Assembly (NCBI GenBank): GCA_038045885.1
Contig: JBBSXG010000025.1
Coordinates: 1 to 32,180, forward strand
Reading direction: 5' to 3'
DNA length: 32,180 nucleotides
Source: Nanobdellota archaeon
Lineage (GTDB): Archaea > Nanobdellota > Nanobdellia > SCGC-AAA011-G17 > GW2011-AR20
The notes under the pieces are model-generated. The model was not told where the DNA came from. It made no database searches and saw only the letters and a list, made by a program, of their open reading frames with translations. The translations under genes were made by a program, and so were the position numbers. This document shows positions 9,277 through 18,135 of this stretch, piece after piece; within the stretch, counting starts at the first letter, position 1, and each line of letters begins with the position of its first letter.

Positions 9277-10989
9277 TTAAACTCCCCATAATGAATTATT
9301 TCTTCTTTTGATCTCAGCTATCTCCTTTAAACACTCGATTTCGTCATGCTTTAAAAACTTTTTCATTTCTTTTAATTTTCTAAAGTTATCTTCTGTCATA
9401 TCAGAGTATAAAATTTCGCCTTCATGAATTTGCCTTCCTACAATTACCCCTTGCAAAGACATAGCAACTTGCTTTCCTGTTTCAACCTCATTAACATTTT
9501 TCCCTTCATGCTGTATTCCCTTTACTTCAACTAAGCTCAATCCATTATCTTTCATTAAATTTACTCCAGTTTTTAATTTTCCAAATAAAATTTCAACACC
9601 AACAACTGCAGGATTGCTTTGTCTGAATATATAACCTGTTAAAATCTTAACTTTAAATGGTTTAACAATTCTTGATAAGCTCTTTGACTCAATTTCTTTT
9701 CTCTTGTATTCTCTAAACTTATTCAACTCATCTAATAAAGTATAAATAATTTCTCCTGTAATAACTTTTACTTCAGAACTTTTAACTTGCTTAACATTAA
9801 ATCCAAGAATAACTTTATTTAATTCATCTTTATCATTCTCAGCCTTAACTAAATCATCTTTTGTTATTTCTCCAATATTTGCTTTTTTAATTCTAATATT
9901 ATTTTCTTTTAATAAAAAGACTAATCCCTCTAAACTTCCAAGTGAATCTGCTTTAATTACTATTCCAGATTTATCAGTTTCAAATAAAACTTCTTCAACT
10001 TCTTTTTGAACTTCTTCTTTTAATTTTTCTGTATTAGTATTTGCAACTCTTAATGGCATTCCAGCATAAACATTATCTAAATTTGGTGAACTTATTTGTA
10101 TAGCGGCAGCTGCATCAATTTCTTTAGCTTTTTCAAATTTATTCTCTATTAAAACAAGTAATCCTCTAACCTTAGTTTCAATAGCTTCATTTACCCCTCC
10201 AATAATAATTCTATCTCCTTCTCTAATATTTCCATCATATAATATAACATCTAAAACTTTTCCAATTCCTTTAACATCCTTTACTTCTAATATAGTTCCT
10301 TTGCCTTGTTTTTCAACATCAATTTCTAAATTCTTTTCTAGAAACTTATGAGATAATCCAGAAAGTACAAGTAATAATTCTCCAATTCCTTCTCCTGTCT
10401 TAGCACTTATGGGAATTATTGCAATTTGTTTAGTATAATCTTCTATTCTATCAAATCTTTCAGAACTAAATCCTGCGTTATATAATTTTCCAACAATATT
10501 GTATAATTTCTCATCTAATATTTTTCTAGTATTTTCATTTTGTAAACTAATATTTTTAATTAATATTTTATCTTTAACATTCCATCCAGAGATTAAATCT
10601 AATTTATTTAATGCTACAACAAAAGGGGTTTTATAATGTTTTAATATCTCTAAAGCTTCAATTGTTTGCGGTTTAAATCCTTCATTAATATCAATAACTA
10701 AAACAGCTATATCTGCTAAACTTCCCCCCCTTTTTCTTAAATTTGTAAAAGCAGCATGCCCTGGACTGTCTATAGCCAATATCCCGAAAATCTTTAGTTT
10801 ATCTTTAATTAAATTAGAAGCAAATTTCTCAATCATCTTAGAACTAAGGTTATATGCATTTATAGATTGAGTAATTAATCCTGGCTCGTGTTTAGCTACA
10901 TTACTTCCTCTAATTCTATCTAGCAAGCTTGTCTTTCCATGGTCAACATGGCCTACAAATACACAGTTTAAGCTCCTAATAGATTTCAT
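9277..10989 (-). CDS. infB: translation initiation factor aIF5B (IF2-like GTPase)
   Basis: GHVDHGKTSLLD, DSPGHAAF and NKLDL motifs. I chose the start at ATG 10989 (MKSIRSL..) because the tracked start at 11064 adds a hydrophobic 25-aa leader and overlaps the upstream gene. Confidence 0.93.
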   Translation of the reverse strand: MKSIRSLNCVFVGHVDHGKTSLLDRIRGSNVAKHEPGLITQSINAYNLSSKMIEKFASNLIKDKLKIFGILAIDSPGHAAFTNLRKRGGSLADIAVLVIDINEGFKPQTIEALEILKHYKTPFVVALNKLDLISGWNVKDKILIKNISLQNENTRKILDEKLYNIVGKLYNAGFSSERFDRIEDYTKQIAIIPISAKTGEGIGELLLVLSGLSHKFLEKNLEIDVEKQGKGTILEVKDVKGIGKVLDVILYDGNIREGDRIIIGGVNEAIETKVRGLLVLIENKFEKAKEIDAAAAIQISSPNLDNVYAGMPLRVANTNTEKLKEEVQKEVEEVLFETDKSGIVIKADSLGSLEGLVFLLKENNIRIKKANIGEITKDDLVKAENDKDELNKVILGFNVKQVKSSEVKVITGEIIYTLLDELNKFREYKRKEIESKSLSRIVKPFKVKILTGYIFRQSNPAVVGVEILFGKLKTGVNLMKDNGLSLVEVKGIQHEGKNVNEVETGKQVAMSLQGVIVGRQIHEGEILYSDMTEDNFRKLKEMKKFLKHDEIECLKEIAEIKRRNNSLWGV

Positions 10990-11020
10990 TTTTTTCCCCA
11001 ATAAGTAGCGAAAAATTACG

Positions 11021-11030
11021 TTTATAAATA
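11021..11030 (-). promoter_or_regulatory. TATA-like box for aIF5B
   Basis: The minus strand reads ..ATATTTATAAACG.. 32-41 nt upstream of the ATG at 10989. Confidence 0.35.
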
Positions 11031-11041
11031 TTGTGGAAAAA

Positions 11042-12451
11042 TTAAGAATTTTGATAATTAACAATCTGTCTCGAGATTTTTATTGAGTCTTCTTCTACTT
11101 CACCGATATAATTAGCAATCGTCTCATAGAATTTTAATATTAAATCTTGAGTAATTGGAGCCTTTAAAATTCTTTCAAATTTATTTGTAGTTAAATATTT
11201 TAAAGTTTCTCCCAAATCAGCAGAGTACCACGAGCTATAAAGATCATATTTGGGATTGTATTTTTTATAACTTTCATATATTTGTTTATTTTCTTCTTTT
11301 GATCTTAAAAGAATACCTTTTGCCATTGCTCTTAAATCTCTATAAACATTACATATCTTAAAAAAAGTTAGGAACTCTCTATTTCTTTTTAGTTCACGCT
11401 CTCCATTTTTAAATTCTGCGCCAAAACTATTTTCAATCCCTTCTAGTCTCTTTCCTCTATATAATTCGACTAAATCTTCTATAAAATCTCTTTGACTTGT
11501 TGATGTTGAAAATTCATCTGCATTTATTGCTACAGGATGTTTTATGGAATCTACTAAATCAAATAATTGTGGTCCGATAGAATATCCTGTTACATCAACA
11601 ACTTTAATTTTTGGTGTTTCTTTTCTCAAATCTTGTACATCCATTCTTAATATTTTTTCCAAATTTTTTCCAGGATATTTTAAAAAAACATGTCCTAAAT
11701 GCAAATCTGAATGTATTAACCTAATAAACATTTGTATATTCGGATTAAGCTCTTCATTAAGATAATTATCAATTCCTAAAAAGAATTTTCCAACAACTTC
11801 TTCCTCGCTTTTAGTTAATCTTTCGTCATGATAACTTAAAATGGCATCCAGATAATCATGCAATTTTTCTCTAAAATCAGTTTCTCTCCTAATGCCATAC
11901 AATTCATTTATTTTAGTTGGTAATTTAACGGCTAATCTAGAATGTTCATATGCTATAAGTTCTACTAGCCTCTTAATCAGATTTGTGTCTGGAGTTTTTT
12001 CCCTAAAAACAGCTTCTAGACTAATTCTACCTGCATCTTCTTCAATAACTTCTTTATTGTATCTTCCGTAAAACTTAACTAAGAATTTATCACCCCCCCC
12101 GTTATTTATGGGGCCGTGTACAAATTCATATAATCTACGTATATAGTCCACTAAATCTTCTCTCTCTTTATGCAATTTATTTTTTATATGGGAAAAATCT
12201 GTTCCAGGATAATCTGGTTTTAGATGTTTTACAATAACATCTAAGCTATCCTCTTTATCAGTATCATCTTTATAACGAACAACCATTCTAGCTATATTAA
12301 AATTCATGCTTAGTGCTGGAACGAGTTCTATATTAGAAATTTTTTGAATCTTTATCTCCCTGCGCATGCTTTTGCTAAGTAATGGTCCGAGTTTTCTCCT
12401 TAATATCTTCGGCCTTATCCCCAATTTTCTTAATTCTTTTGATGTAACCAT
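11042..12451 (-). CDS. APH/choline-kinase-fold phosphotransferase-like protein (maltokinase-like catalytic loop)
   Basis: LIHSDLHLGHVF resembles the HGDLHLGQ catalytic loop of maltokinase-type kinases. It is followed by KIKVVDVTG, a candidate metal-binding Asp. Confidence 0.5.
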   Translation of the reverse strand: MVTSKELRKLGIRPKILRRKLGPLLSKSMRREIKIQKISNIELVPALSMNFNIARMVVRYKDDTDKEDSLDVIVKHLKPDYPGTDFSHIKNKLHKEREDLVDYIRRLYEFVHGPINNGGGDKFLVKFYGRYNKEVIEEDAGRISLEAVFREKTPDTNLIKRLVELIAYEHSRLAVKLPTKINELYGIRRETDFREKLHDYLDAILSYHDERLTKSEEEVVGKFFLGIDNYLNEELNPNIQMFIRLIHSDLHLGHVFLKYPGKNLEKILRMDVQDLRKETPKIKVVDVTGYSIGPQLFDLVDSIKHPVAINADEFSTSTSQRDFIEDLVELYRGKRLEGIENSFGAEFKNGERELKRNREFLTFFKICNVYRDLRAMAKGILLRSKEENKQIYESYKKYNPKYDLYSSWYSADLGETLKYLTTNKFERILKAPITQDLILKFYETIANYIGEVEEDSIKISRQIVNYQNS

Positions 12452-12456
12452 TTTAA

Positions 12457-13419
12457 TTAGATTTTTTCAGAGTCTATAACAATCCTTGCGATATCTCTTA
12501 TGAAGCTCTCAATTCCTTTTAATTTTTCTAATATAACCCCCACACTTTTGTTATCACATATTTTATAAAGGTTTGTGCATGCATTTATTATCTCATCTTT
12601 TTTTGATGCTATATCATGCGCTAATTGTTTGTTATTTGAATAATAAGCTTTCATAACATTCAAATAACTTTTTTCTATGTCAAAGTATATTTTTTTTATT
12701 TCATTTTTTTCATTTTTCTTAATTTTTGCACTTCTTAAAAACCTAGAAATTCTTTTACATTCGTCTGCAATATCTTCTAAATTATTTATAACTAATCTAT
12801 AATACAATAACTCCATAAAAGAACGAACTCCCGGAAACATTTCTAATTTATTTGTTTTTAGAGATCTATTAATCGCACGATAGAGTAAGAATCTCACTTT
12901 ATTCACATTATTATCTGAGTAAGAGATATCCTCAAAATTATCTATCCCATCATTTATACTTTCTTTTAAGTCATTCATCATAGATCTCACAGTCAGATCA
13001 ATTCTCCTTATATTTTCAGGAATAGAAATTTCATTTAAATTAAGAAAATCTTTTGCAACAATTTTATTTGGAGTTTGCTCCATTACCTCTAAAACCAATA
13101 AATTCTTTAGAATTTCTTCAATATCTTTTCTATATCTTTTTAAATCCCCCATAATATTGATAATATCGATATCATTAATATAAGCATTCATTATCTCTCT
13201 TTGAATTGTAGAAGCTTCTTTATTGTTGACATTAATTGTTATTTCTTTCAATTGATGCTCTTCTTTTTTTAGCTCAGGATTTAAAATCAATTCTCCATTA
13301 CCATTTTCTTCAAAATAAATTAAATCTCCTTTTTTTAACTTATTTTTTTTAATCCAATTATTTGGAATTGAAATTACATGCGATGAATTCCCAAATTTTA
13401 TTAATTTTCTATATTCCAT
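12457..13419 (-). CDS. AbrB/SpoVT-domain plus PhoU-like regulator
   Basis: The N-terminus KFGNSSHVISIPNNWIKKNKLKKGDLIYF is a swapped-hairpin AbrB signature. LEDIADECKRISRF resembles the PhoU ERIgD...I helix motif. The 320-aa length fits archaeal AbrB-PhoU fusions. Confidence 0.62.
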   Translation of the reverse strand: MEYRKLIKFGNSSHVISIPNNWIKKNKLKKGDLIYFEENGNGELILNPELKKEEHQLKEITINVNNKEASTIQREIMNAYINDIDIINIMGDLKRYRKDIEEILKNLLVLEVMEQTPNKIVAKDFLNLNEISIPENIRRIDLTVRSMMNDLKESINDGIDNFEDISYSDNNVNKVRFLLYRAINRSLKTNKLEMFPGVRSFMELLYYRLVINNLEDIADECKRISRFLRSAKIKKNEKNEIKKIYFDIEKSYLNVMKAYYSNNKQLAHDIASKKDEIINACTNLYKICDNKSVGVILEKLKGIESFIRDIARIVIDSEKI

Positions 13420-13518
13420 TAATACATCCCCCCCTCTTTTTATGTTTAAGTATATACCTTATATATAGTATATCAAATAAGTATATATATCTAACCATTT
13501 TATCTATTCTTGATTAGT

Positions 13519-13656
13519 ATGACAGAAGAATGGGATGATTTAGAAATAGAAGAAGAGGATGAATTACATACCGAACATGGAAGGGAAAGGCAAGTCGATG
13601 ATGATGAATTAGAAGACTGGCAAGCTGCCTGGACCCAAGGTTACGATGAAGGTTAG
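13519..13656 (+). CDS. small acidic Trp-containing protein (45 aa), below the ORF-track cutoff
   Basis: Manual translation gives MTEEWDDLEIEEEDELHTEHGRERQVDDDELEDWQAAWTQGYDEG. Several TATA-like boxes lie 20-70 nt upstream, and there is no SD (possibly a leaderless or short-leader transcript). Confidence 0.4.
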   Translation: MTEEWDDLEIEEEDELHTEHGRERQVDDDELEDWQAAWTQGYDEG

Positions 13657-13721
13657 TAATAAGCTCGGCTAATTAGAGTCAACAATTTTTATAGTCATAC
13701 TTATCTTAAGAGGGGTTAAAA

Positions 13722-13961
13722 ATGGCATCAGCATTTGTTTTAATAGCAACTAAATATGGTAAGGCTGAAGAAGTCGCCTATAAATTGAATAGAATGCAGA
13801 ATATAAAGAACATAGAAGCTGTGGAAGGGGAGTATGACTTAATAGCAGAGATAGATGCAAAGAACGAGATTAAATTGACTAACATAATGCACGAGAACAT
13901 TAGAAAATTAAAGAATGTAGCATTAGTCTCTCCTTTGATGGTAAAGAATAATATGTTATAA
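13722..13961 (+). CDS. stand-alone Lrp/AsnC ligand-binding (RAM) domain protein
   Basis: 79 aa with the pattern AFVLI..kyG..EEV..KL......I...EAVEGEYDLIAEI. A GAGGGG SD-like element sits upstream of the ATG. Confidence 0.6.
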   Translation: MASAFVLIATKYGKAEEVAYKLNRMQNIKNIEAVEGEYDLIAEIDAKNEIKLTNIMHENIRKLKNVALVSPLMVKNNML

Positions 13962-14027
13962 GGTGATAACAATACTTACAAAAATTAAAAACAACTTCAT
14001 AAGCTAGCCTGTAAAAAGACATCGTAC

Positions 14028-14231
14028 TTATTTAGCAGAAGGTTTTTCTTCAACCAATTTCCCTTTTTCGTAAGAATTTGTCCATTTAACATTTTGAGGG
14101 GTTCTTTTTAATTTTAACATATTTTTTTCGCATTTCCCCGAGCAGAACCATAAAATTTTTCCAGTATTATAAACAAACATCTTTCCAGTTCCTTTTTCAA
14201 TTTGATCTCCGCAGAATGAACAAGTACTCAT
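14028..14231 (-). CDS. rpl24e: 50S ribosomal protein L24e
   Basis: [17 protein letters not shown]...FCSGKCEKN zinc-ribbon signature. A 4-nt ATGA overlap with S28e is present. Confidence 0.93.
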   Translation of the reverse strand: MSTCSFCGDQIEKGTGKMFVYNTGKILWFCSGKCEKNMLKLKRTPQNVKWTNSYEKGKLVEEKPSAK

Positions 14232-14539
14232 TTTCTTCCTCTCATTAATTTTCTAGCTTCAATTTCTGTTTCTCTTAGCATTAAAGTGTCCCCAATTCTT
14301 ATTGGTCCTTTGACATTTCTTCTTATTATTTTTCCGCGATCTCTTCCATCTAATACCTTGCAACGTACTTGAGTAACTTCTCCCCTTGTTCCCGTTCGTC
14401 CAACAATTTCCTCAACAGTTGCAGGCCATGCTAATGAAAACAATCCGCTTCCAGAAGTTTGACGGGTAACAACAACAGGTTTAGCACTCTCTTGTTTATC
14501 TTGTTTAACTTCCTTTACTTTCTTATTCTTCTCAGCCAT
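14228..14539 (-). CDS. rps28e: 30S ribosomal protein S28e with a Lys-rich N-terminal extension
   Basis: [59 protein letters not shown] is canonical eS28. The first ~38 aa are extra. Confidence 0.92.
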   Translation of the reverse strand: MAEKNKKVKEVKQDKQESAKPVVVTRQTSGSGLFSLAWPATVEEIVGRTGTRGEVTQVRCKVLDGRDRGKIIRRNVKGPIRIGDTLMLRETEIEARKLMRGRK

Positions 14540-14548
14540 ATTTTAGAA

Positions 14549-14893
14549 TTACTTATTTCTAACAGCTTCTTTTAATTCCCTTACCAAATTTGTCGCATCC
14601 CCTTCATTTACTATAGCCACACTTGCAGTTGGTATGTTTAAACCAGCAGCATTCCCTAATTCTTCGCGACTTGAAACTTGTATACAAGGAGTTTCTTTTT
14701 CTTCGCATAAAACTGGCAAGTGCATTACAATTTCAGGAGGATTTACATCTTTAGCAATCAAAACTAATTTAGCTTGTCCTCTTTCAACAATTTTTGTAAC
14801 TTCATTAACCCCCTTCTTTAATTTGCCTGTTTTCCTAGCTATCTCAACAGCTTCATAGGCTTTCTCTTGCAATTCTTTTGATACCTCTGCCAT
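14549..14893 (-). CDS. rpl7ae: 50S ribosomal protein L7Ae (K-turn binding)
   Basis: [45 protein letters not shown] prefer the ATG at 14893 (MAEVSKE..) over the tracked TTG at 14908. A TATA-like TTTATAAA lies ~30 nt upstream. Confidence 0.92.
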   Translation of the reverse strand: MAEVSKELQEKAYEAVEIARKTGKLKKGVNEVTKIVERGQAKLVLIAKDVNPPEIVMHLPVLCEEKETPCIQVSSREELGNAAGLNIPTASVAIVNEGDATNLVRELKEAVRNK

Positions 14894-14945
14894 TCTTGTT
14901 AACCTCAACTTAACTTCTAAAAAAAGCGTTTATAAAGCTTTTGAT

Positions 14946-14979
14946 AGTTTATTACTAAAAAGAGTTTATTACTAAAAAG
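14946..14979. repeat. perfect tandem duplication of a 17-nt unit (AGTTTATTACTAAAAAG x2, plus a partial third copy) in the L7Ae / 15025-ORF divergent intergenic region
   Basis: Read directly from the sequence. Confidence 0.85.
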
Positions 14980-15024
14980 TTTAAATAAGATAACTTTAAA
15001 TAATTGTTTTGTTTTTAAAGTCAT

Positions 15025-15330
15025 GTGTGGGATCCTTTTAAAAATTTGTTTAGTAAAGAAAAAGTTTTGAGTGTTAACGAAGAAGGAATTTTAGAAGAAA
15101 CTAGAACAACAAGTCAAAGAGATGAGAAAATAAACATTGAAAAAATAAGTTTAGAAAGGAAAAGAGAATTCAACCAAATAGTTGTTCGGGTCTGTAATGA
15201 TTTGAAGAAAAAAATCTTAAAATATCATGATGAAACCACTCTTAATTTGAGTGATAATTTCAAAAAAGATCTGATAGCCTACATTACCTTATTTAAAAGA
15301 ACTTCAAAGCTTCTTTCCATAAATTCATAA
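15025..15330 (+). CDS. hypothetical protein (101 aa, GTG start), weakly supported
   Basis: ORF only, with a non-ATG start. TATA-like TTTAAATAA boxes lie 20-45 nt upstream. Confidence 0.3.
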   Translation: MWDPFKNLFSKEKVLSVNEEGILEETRTTSQRDEKINIEKISLERKREFNQIVVRVCNDLKKKILKYHDETTLNLSDNFKKDLIAYITLFKRTSKLLSINS

Positions 15331-15501
15331 TTAGAAATAAAAAACAATAAAATAATTATTTATATTCAAGGCCGTAATTCAAATCAGATTATAAAAGAAA
15401 TAAGCTTAGACACCAACCCTAAAGGAATTACTAGAGGAATTAGTTTTTTAATCATGAATCTGGTCAAGAAAAAATTAGAAATTGAGATAGCTAATTATTA
15501 A

Positions 15502-17136
15502 TCATTTATGAGTAAAGTAGAATATTAACTTGTTTTTCTCATTTTTATCAAGTTTTGCGAAGAAATTTCTTTCAAACTGGATTACTTCATTAAGTTTAAC
15601 TTTGTTTAAATCTTTCTCTCCGATTCCCTTAATTATTTTTCCGTCGTCCATTACAACTTCGATATTAATTAAATCTTTGCTTACTGGAAGCCAATGTATC
15701 ATCTGTGCATCGATGTCCTTGTCGTATTCCTTAGAAATAAATTTATTATTCTTAAAATTAAATAAATGCATAAATCTATAAATTTTATTTTTCTCAATTT
15801 TATCTTGGACATAAAATTCATCATTTACATTAAAAATTCTAGAGCCGTGTTCGTGATCCGGATGCAAAGGAGCTTTTATAGTTAGATTAGAGGTATTCTG
15901 AATTTTAATTTTTTTAGCATTGAATACTGCAAAGTACCTTTTTGTGTTTTTATCGATTAATTTTTTATTTTCCGTATATAATGTTTCAATAGGAACTGTA
16001 ATTTCATTTTGATTTAATCCAAAACTTAATACAAATTTTCTAACAGCCTCTGGTAAAATCCCTCTTCTCTTTAGACTTTGCAAACTAAAGGTTCTAGGAT
16101 CATCCCAGCCAAAATATTTCCCGCTTTTAACTTCTCTTTGTGATTTTGATTTGCTTAATTTAATTCCTGAAATTTGCAATAATCCATTGTGAATAATTTC
16201 AGGCTCGTTCCAGTGAAATAAATTCCAGATGTATCTTTCCATATCACTTTCAATCATTAAATCTTTTCCTCTGATAATATGAGTTATTCCAAGTAAATGA
16301 TCATCTATTGCCCAGGAAAAATCCAATAAAGGCCATATCCTATATTTCTTTTTGGTTATAGGATGCCCTCTGTCAGAAATTCTAAAAATCACTCTGTCCC
16401 TAAAAGCCGGATTTGGATGCTGCAAACTTGTTTTAATTCTTAATGTAGCTTTTCCTTCAGGCATTTTAAACATTTTTTTCCAGTTGTCTAAATTTTCATC
16501 AACAGTTTTACCTCGACATCCACATTCAGTTTCATTTATTCTGTTCTCTCTTAATTTCTTAGGAGAACAAAAACAAACATATGCCTTATCCATTTTAATT
16601 AATTCTTCAGCATATTTGTAATAAATTTCTAATCTTGAGCTTTTATAGTAAATTTTAGAAAATTTTATTTTAAGCCATTTTAATCCATCTGGAATTAATT
16701 TGTAAGCTTCTTTTAAAATTGGTTTTTCAATGCTCCCAATAGTATCATCAATTACTAAAAACATATTTCCATTATAGATTTTAGCATATTCGTCATTTAA
16801 GATAGCAGGACGAGCATTTCCGATATGCAAAGGACCAGAAGGATAAGGCGCTAATCTTGTAACAACTTTACCATTAACATTTTTTAATTCAGGTAAAACT
16901 CTTTCTTCTTTTTCTCTTTCTTCAAATTTGTAATTCTTTAATCCTTTGTTTATATCATTTAATTTCATAGAATTAACTTTTTTAATTACAATATTAATTT
17001 CTTTAGCAACTTCCTTGATATTTTCTTTTAATTTTGGGTTTTCTGATAATATCTTTCCTAAAACAGAATTAAAACTTGCTTTTCCGTTGTATTCAGAAGC
17101 ATTCTTTAATGTGTACTTTAGAATCAAATCTTTCAT
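15502..17136 (-). CDS. gltX: glutamyl-tRNA synthetase (archaeal type)
   Basis: HIGH-class motif PSGPLHIGNARPA, KMSKS-class motif KLSKSKS, and 544 aa. Confidence 0.93.
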   Translation of the reverse strand: MKDLILKYTLKNASEYNGKASFNSVLGKILSENPKLKENIKEVAKEINIVIKKVNSMKLNDINKGLKNYKFEEREKEERVLPELKNVNGKVVTRLAPYPSGPLHIGNARPAILNDEYAKIYNGNMFLVIDDTIGSIEKPILKEAYKLIPDGLKWLKIKFSKIYYKSSRLEIYYKYAEELIKMDKAYVCFCSPKKLRENRINETECGCRGKTVDENLDNWKKMFKMPEGKATLRIKTSLQHPNPAFRDRVIFRISDRGHPITKKKYRIWPLLDFSWAIDDHLLGITHIIRGKDLMIESDMERYIWNLFHWNEPEIIHNGLLQISGIKLSKSKSQREVKSGKYFGWDDPRTFSLQSLKRRGILPEAVRKFVLSFGLNQNEITVPIETLYTENKKLIDKNTKRYFAVFNAKKIKIQNTSNLTIKAPLHPDHEHGSRIFNVNDEFYVQDKIEKNKIYRFMHLFNFKNNKFISKEYDKDIDAQMIHWLPVSKDLINIEVVMDDGKIIKGIGEKDLNKVKLNEVIQFERNFFAKLDKNEKNKLIFYFTHK

Positions 17137-17197
17137 ACAATTAAAGTATTTTTTTAGTATTTAAAGATTATCTCTTTAAGAATTTAGAATTAGATAT

Positions 17198-17446
17198 TTA
17201 CTTTTTTCTTCTGCTTACTTTTTTTACAGGAGCTTGTTGCGTGTTGATCCTTCTATTCATATTCTTTCTAAAGAACAACAAGTAAATTATTTCAAGAATT
17301 CCTGCCGTATTTACAATCGCAATAACAACAAACCATGCTAATTGATTATTTCTTCCAGCCTTCCATAGTGCAATATATTTCCAAATCGCACTCCAAATAA
17401 TTAAGGCGATTATCCATGGAGTAAATATTAATGCTTGGTATACCAT
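17198..17446 (-). CDS. small two-TM membrane protein with a basic tail
   Basis: Two hydrophobic spans (WIIALIIWSAIW.., AWFVVIAIVNTAGILEIIYLLFF) and a C-terminal KKVSRRKK. Its start is 2 nt after the upstream gene's stop. Confidence 0.55.
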   Translation of the reverse strand: MVYQALIFTPWIIALIIWSAIWKYIALWKAGRNNQLAWFVVIAIVNTAGILEIIYLLFFRKNMNRRINTQQAPVKKVSRRKK

Positions 17447-17447
17447 T

Positions 17448-17813
17448 TTACATCAAATAACTCTCATCAATGTTTTTAATCAAATCCTGTGCACTTTCTC
17501 TTCTTTGTACAGTATGTTCTTTGTTGCAATAAGGACATCCTTTATTTGGTGCTCCCAATGGTCGAGTAAAACTAAATTTACAGTTGCTACAATAATAAGA
17601 TACCCTTTCTTCCATCATGATAGGCTTTACATCTTTCTCAATTTCTGGTTTTTTAAATTTATCAGGAGTTAGATCTCTAATGTGGGGATTTAAGTAACCA
17701 TGACTAAAGCAAGTTGTACAGACATAAATTCCTTTGTCATTTCTTCTCAAATCTCCAACAGGTACTTTTGTTTTACATGATTTGCATGGTACCAAAACAT
17801 TTGTTGATATCAT
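17448..17813 (-). CDS. double zinc-ribbon protein
   Basis: Four Cys pairs: CKSC..CTTC and CSNC..CPYC. I prefer the ATG at 17813 over the tracked TTG at 17819. Confidence 0.6.
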   Translation of the reverse strand: MISTNVLVPCKSCKTKVPVGDLRRNDKGIYVCTTCFSHGYLNPHIRDLTPDKFKKPEIEKDVKPIMMEERVSYYCSNCKFSFTRPLGAPNKGCPYCNKEHTVQRRESAQDLIKNIDESYLM

Positions 17814-17909
17814 AATCAAATTTAGAACAAATAAATATAAATAACTTTCTTTTTTAGATAAAAGATAAACAATAAAAGAAGTAGACTTAATTAGTATGTC
17901 TAATTTTAA

Positions 17910-18011
17910 CTACCATTCCTCGACTTCCTCTTCCTCTTCTTCAGTATCTTCTTTGGGAGAATCCTCTTCATCTTCACGATCATCCCATTTTGCAAATTTT
18001 AATTCTACCAT
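17910..18011 (-). CDS. small acidic Trp-containing protein (33 aa)
   Basis: MVELKFAKWDDREDEEDSPKEDTEEEEEEVEEW. A perfect GGAGG sits 6 nt upstream of the ATG at 18011. The longer tracked ORF (to 18137) adds a hydrophobic, unlikely leader. Confidence 0.5.
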   Translation of the reverse strand: MVELKFAKWDDREDEEDSPKEDTEEEEEEVEEW

Positions 18012-18135
18012 CTTTTTTCCTCCAAAAGTTTTTTTACTCAAAATCAAGAAATAGTATATAAAGCTATCTATTCTTTGTAAAATGTAATTGACAAAAACAT
18101 AATATTTATATACAAGTTTAAATTTTCGTAATTCC

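Noticed and set aside
10990-11064. 25-aa N-terminal extension of aIF5B in the ORF track (start at 11064)
   Set aside because: It adds a hydrophobic leader absent from aIF5B and overlaps the upstream gene. The ATG at 10989 sits just before the G1 motif and has its own TATA-like box.
11544-11765. 73-aa plus-strand ORF inside the kinase-like gene
   Set aside because: It is an antisense shadow.
13778-13972. 64-aa minus-strand ORF
   Set aside because: It is antisense to the Lrp/AsnC RAM-domain gene, which has a recognisable fold pattern and an SD.
14634-14858. 74-aa plus-strand ORF inside rpl7ae
   Set aside because: It is an antisense shadow.
15227-15274. Possible C/D-box sRNA next to L7Ae: AUGAUGA, 13 nt, UUGA, G, UGAUAA, 13 nt, CUGA
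   Set aside because: The symmetric 13-nt spacers are tempting. However, the D' and C' boxes each deviate from consensus, and the D'-C' spacer is only 0-1 nt, too short for a K-loop. There is also no terminal stem, the element lies inside an ORF, and such motifs arise easily by chance in AT-rich DNA. A covariance search or an rRNA complement for AACCACUCUUAAU / UUUCAAAAAAGAU would be needed to revive it.
15387-15455. 22-aa hydrophobic mini-ORF (MIKKLIPLVIPLGLVSKLISFII) downstream of gltX
   Set aside because: It has no SD or promoter context and is too short to separate from chance.
15530-17164. Three plus-strand ORFs (15530-15781, 16352-16621, 16946-17164) inside gltX
   Set aside because: They are antisense shadows.
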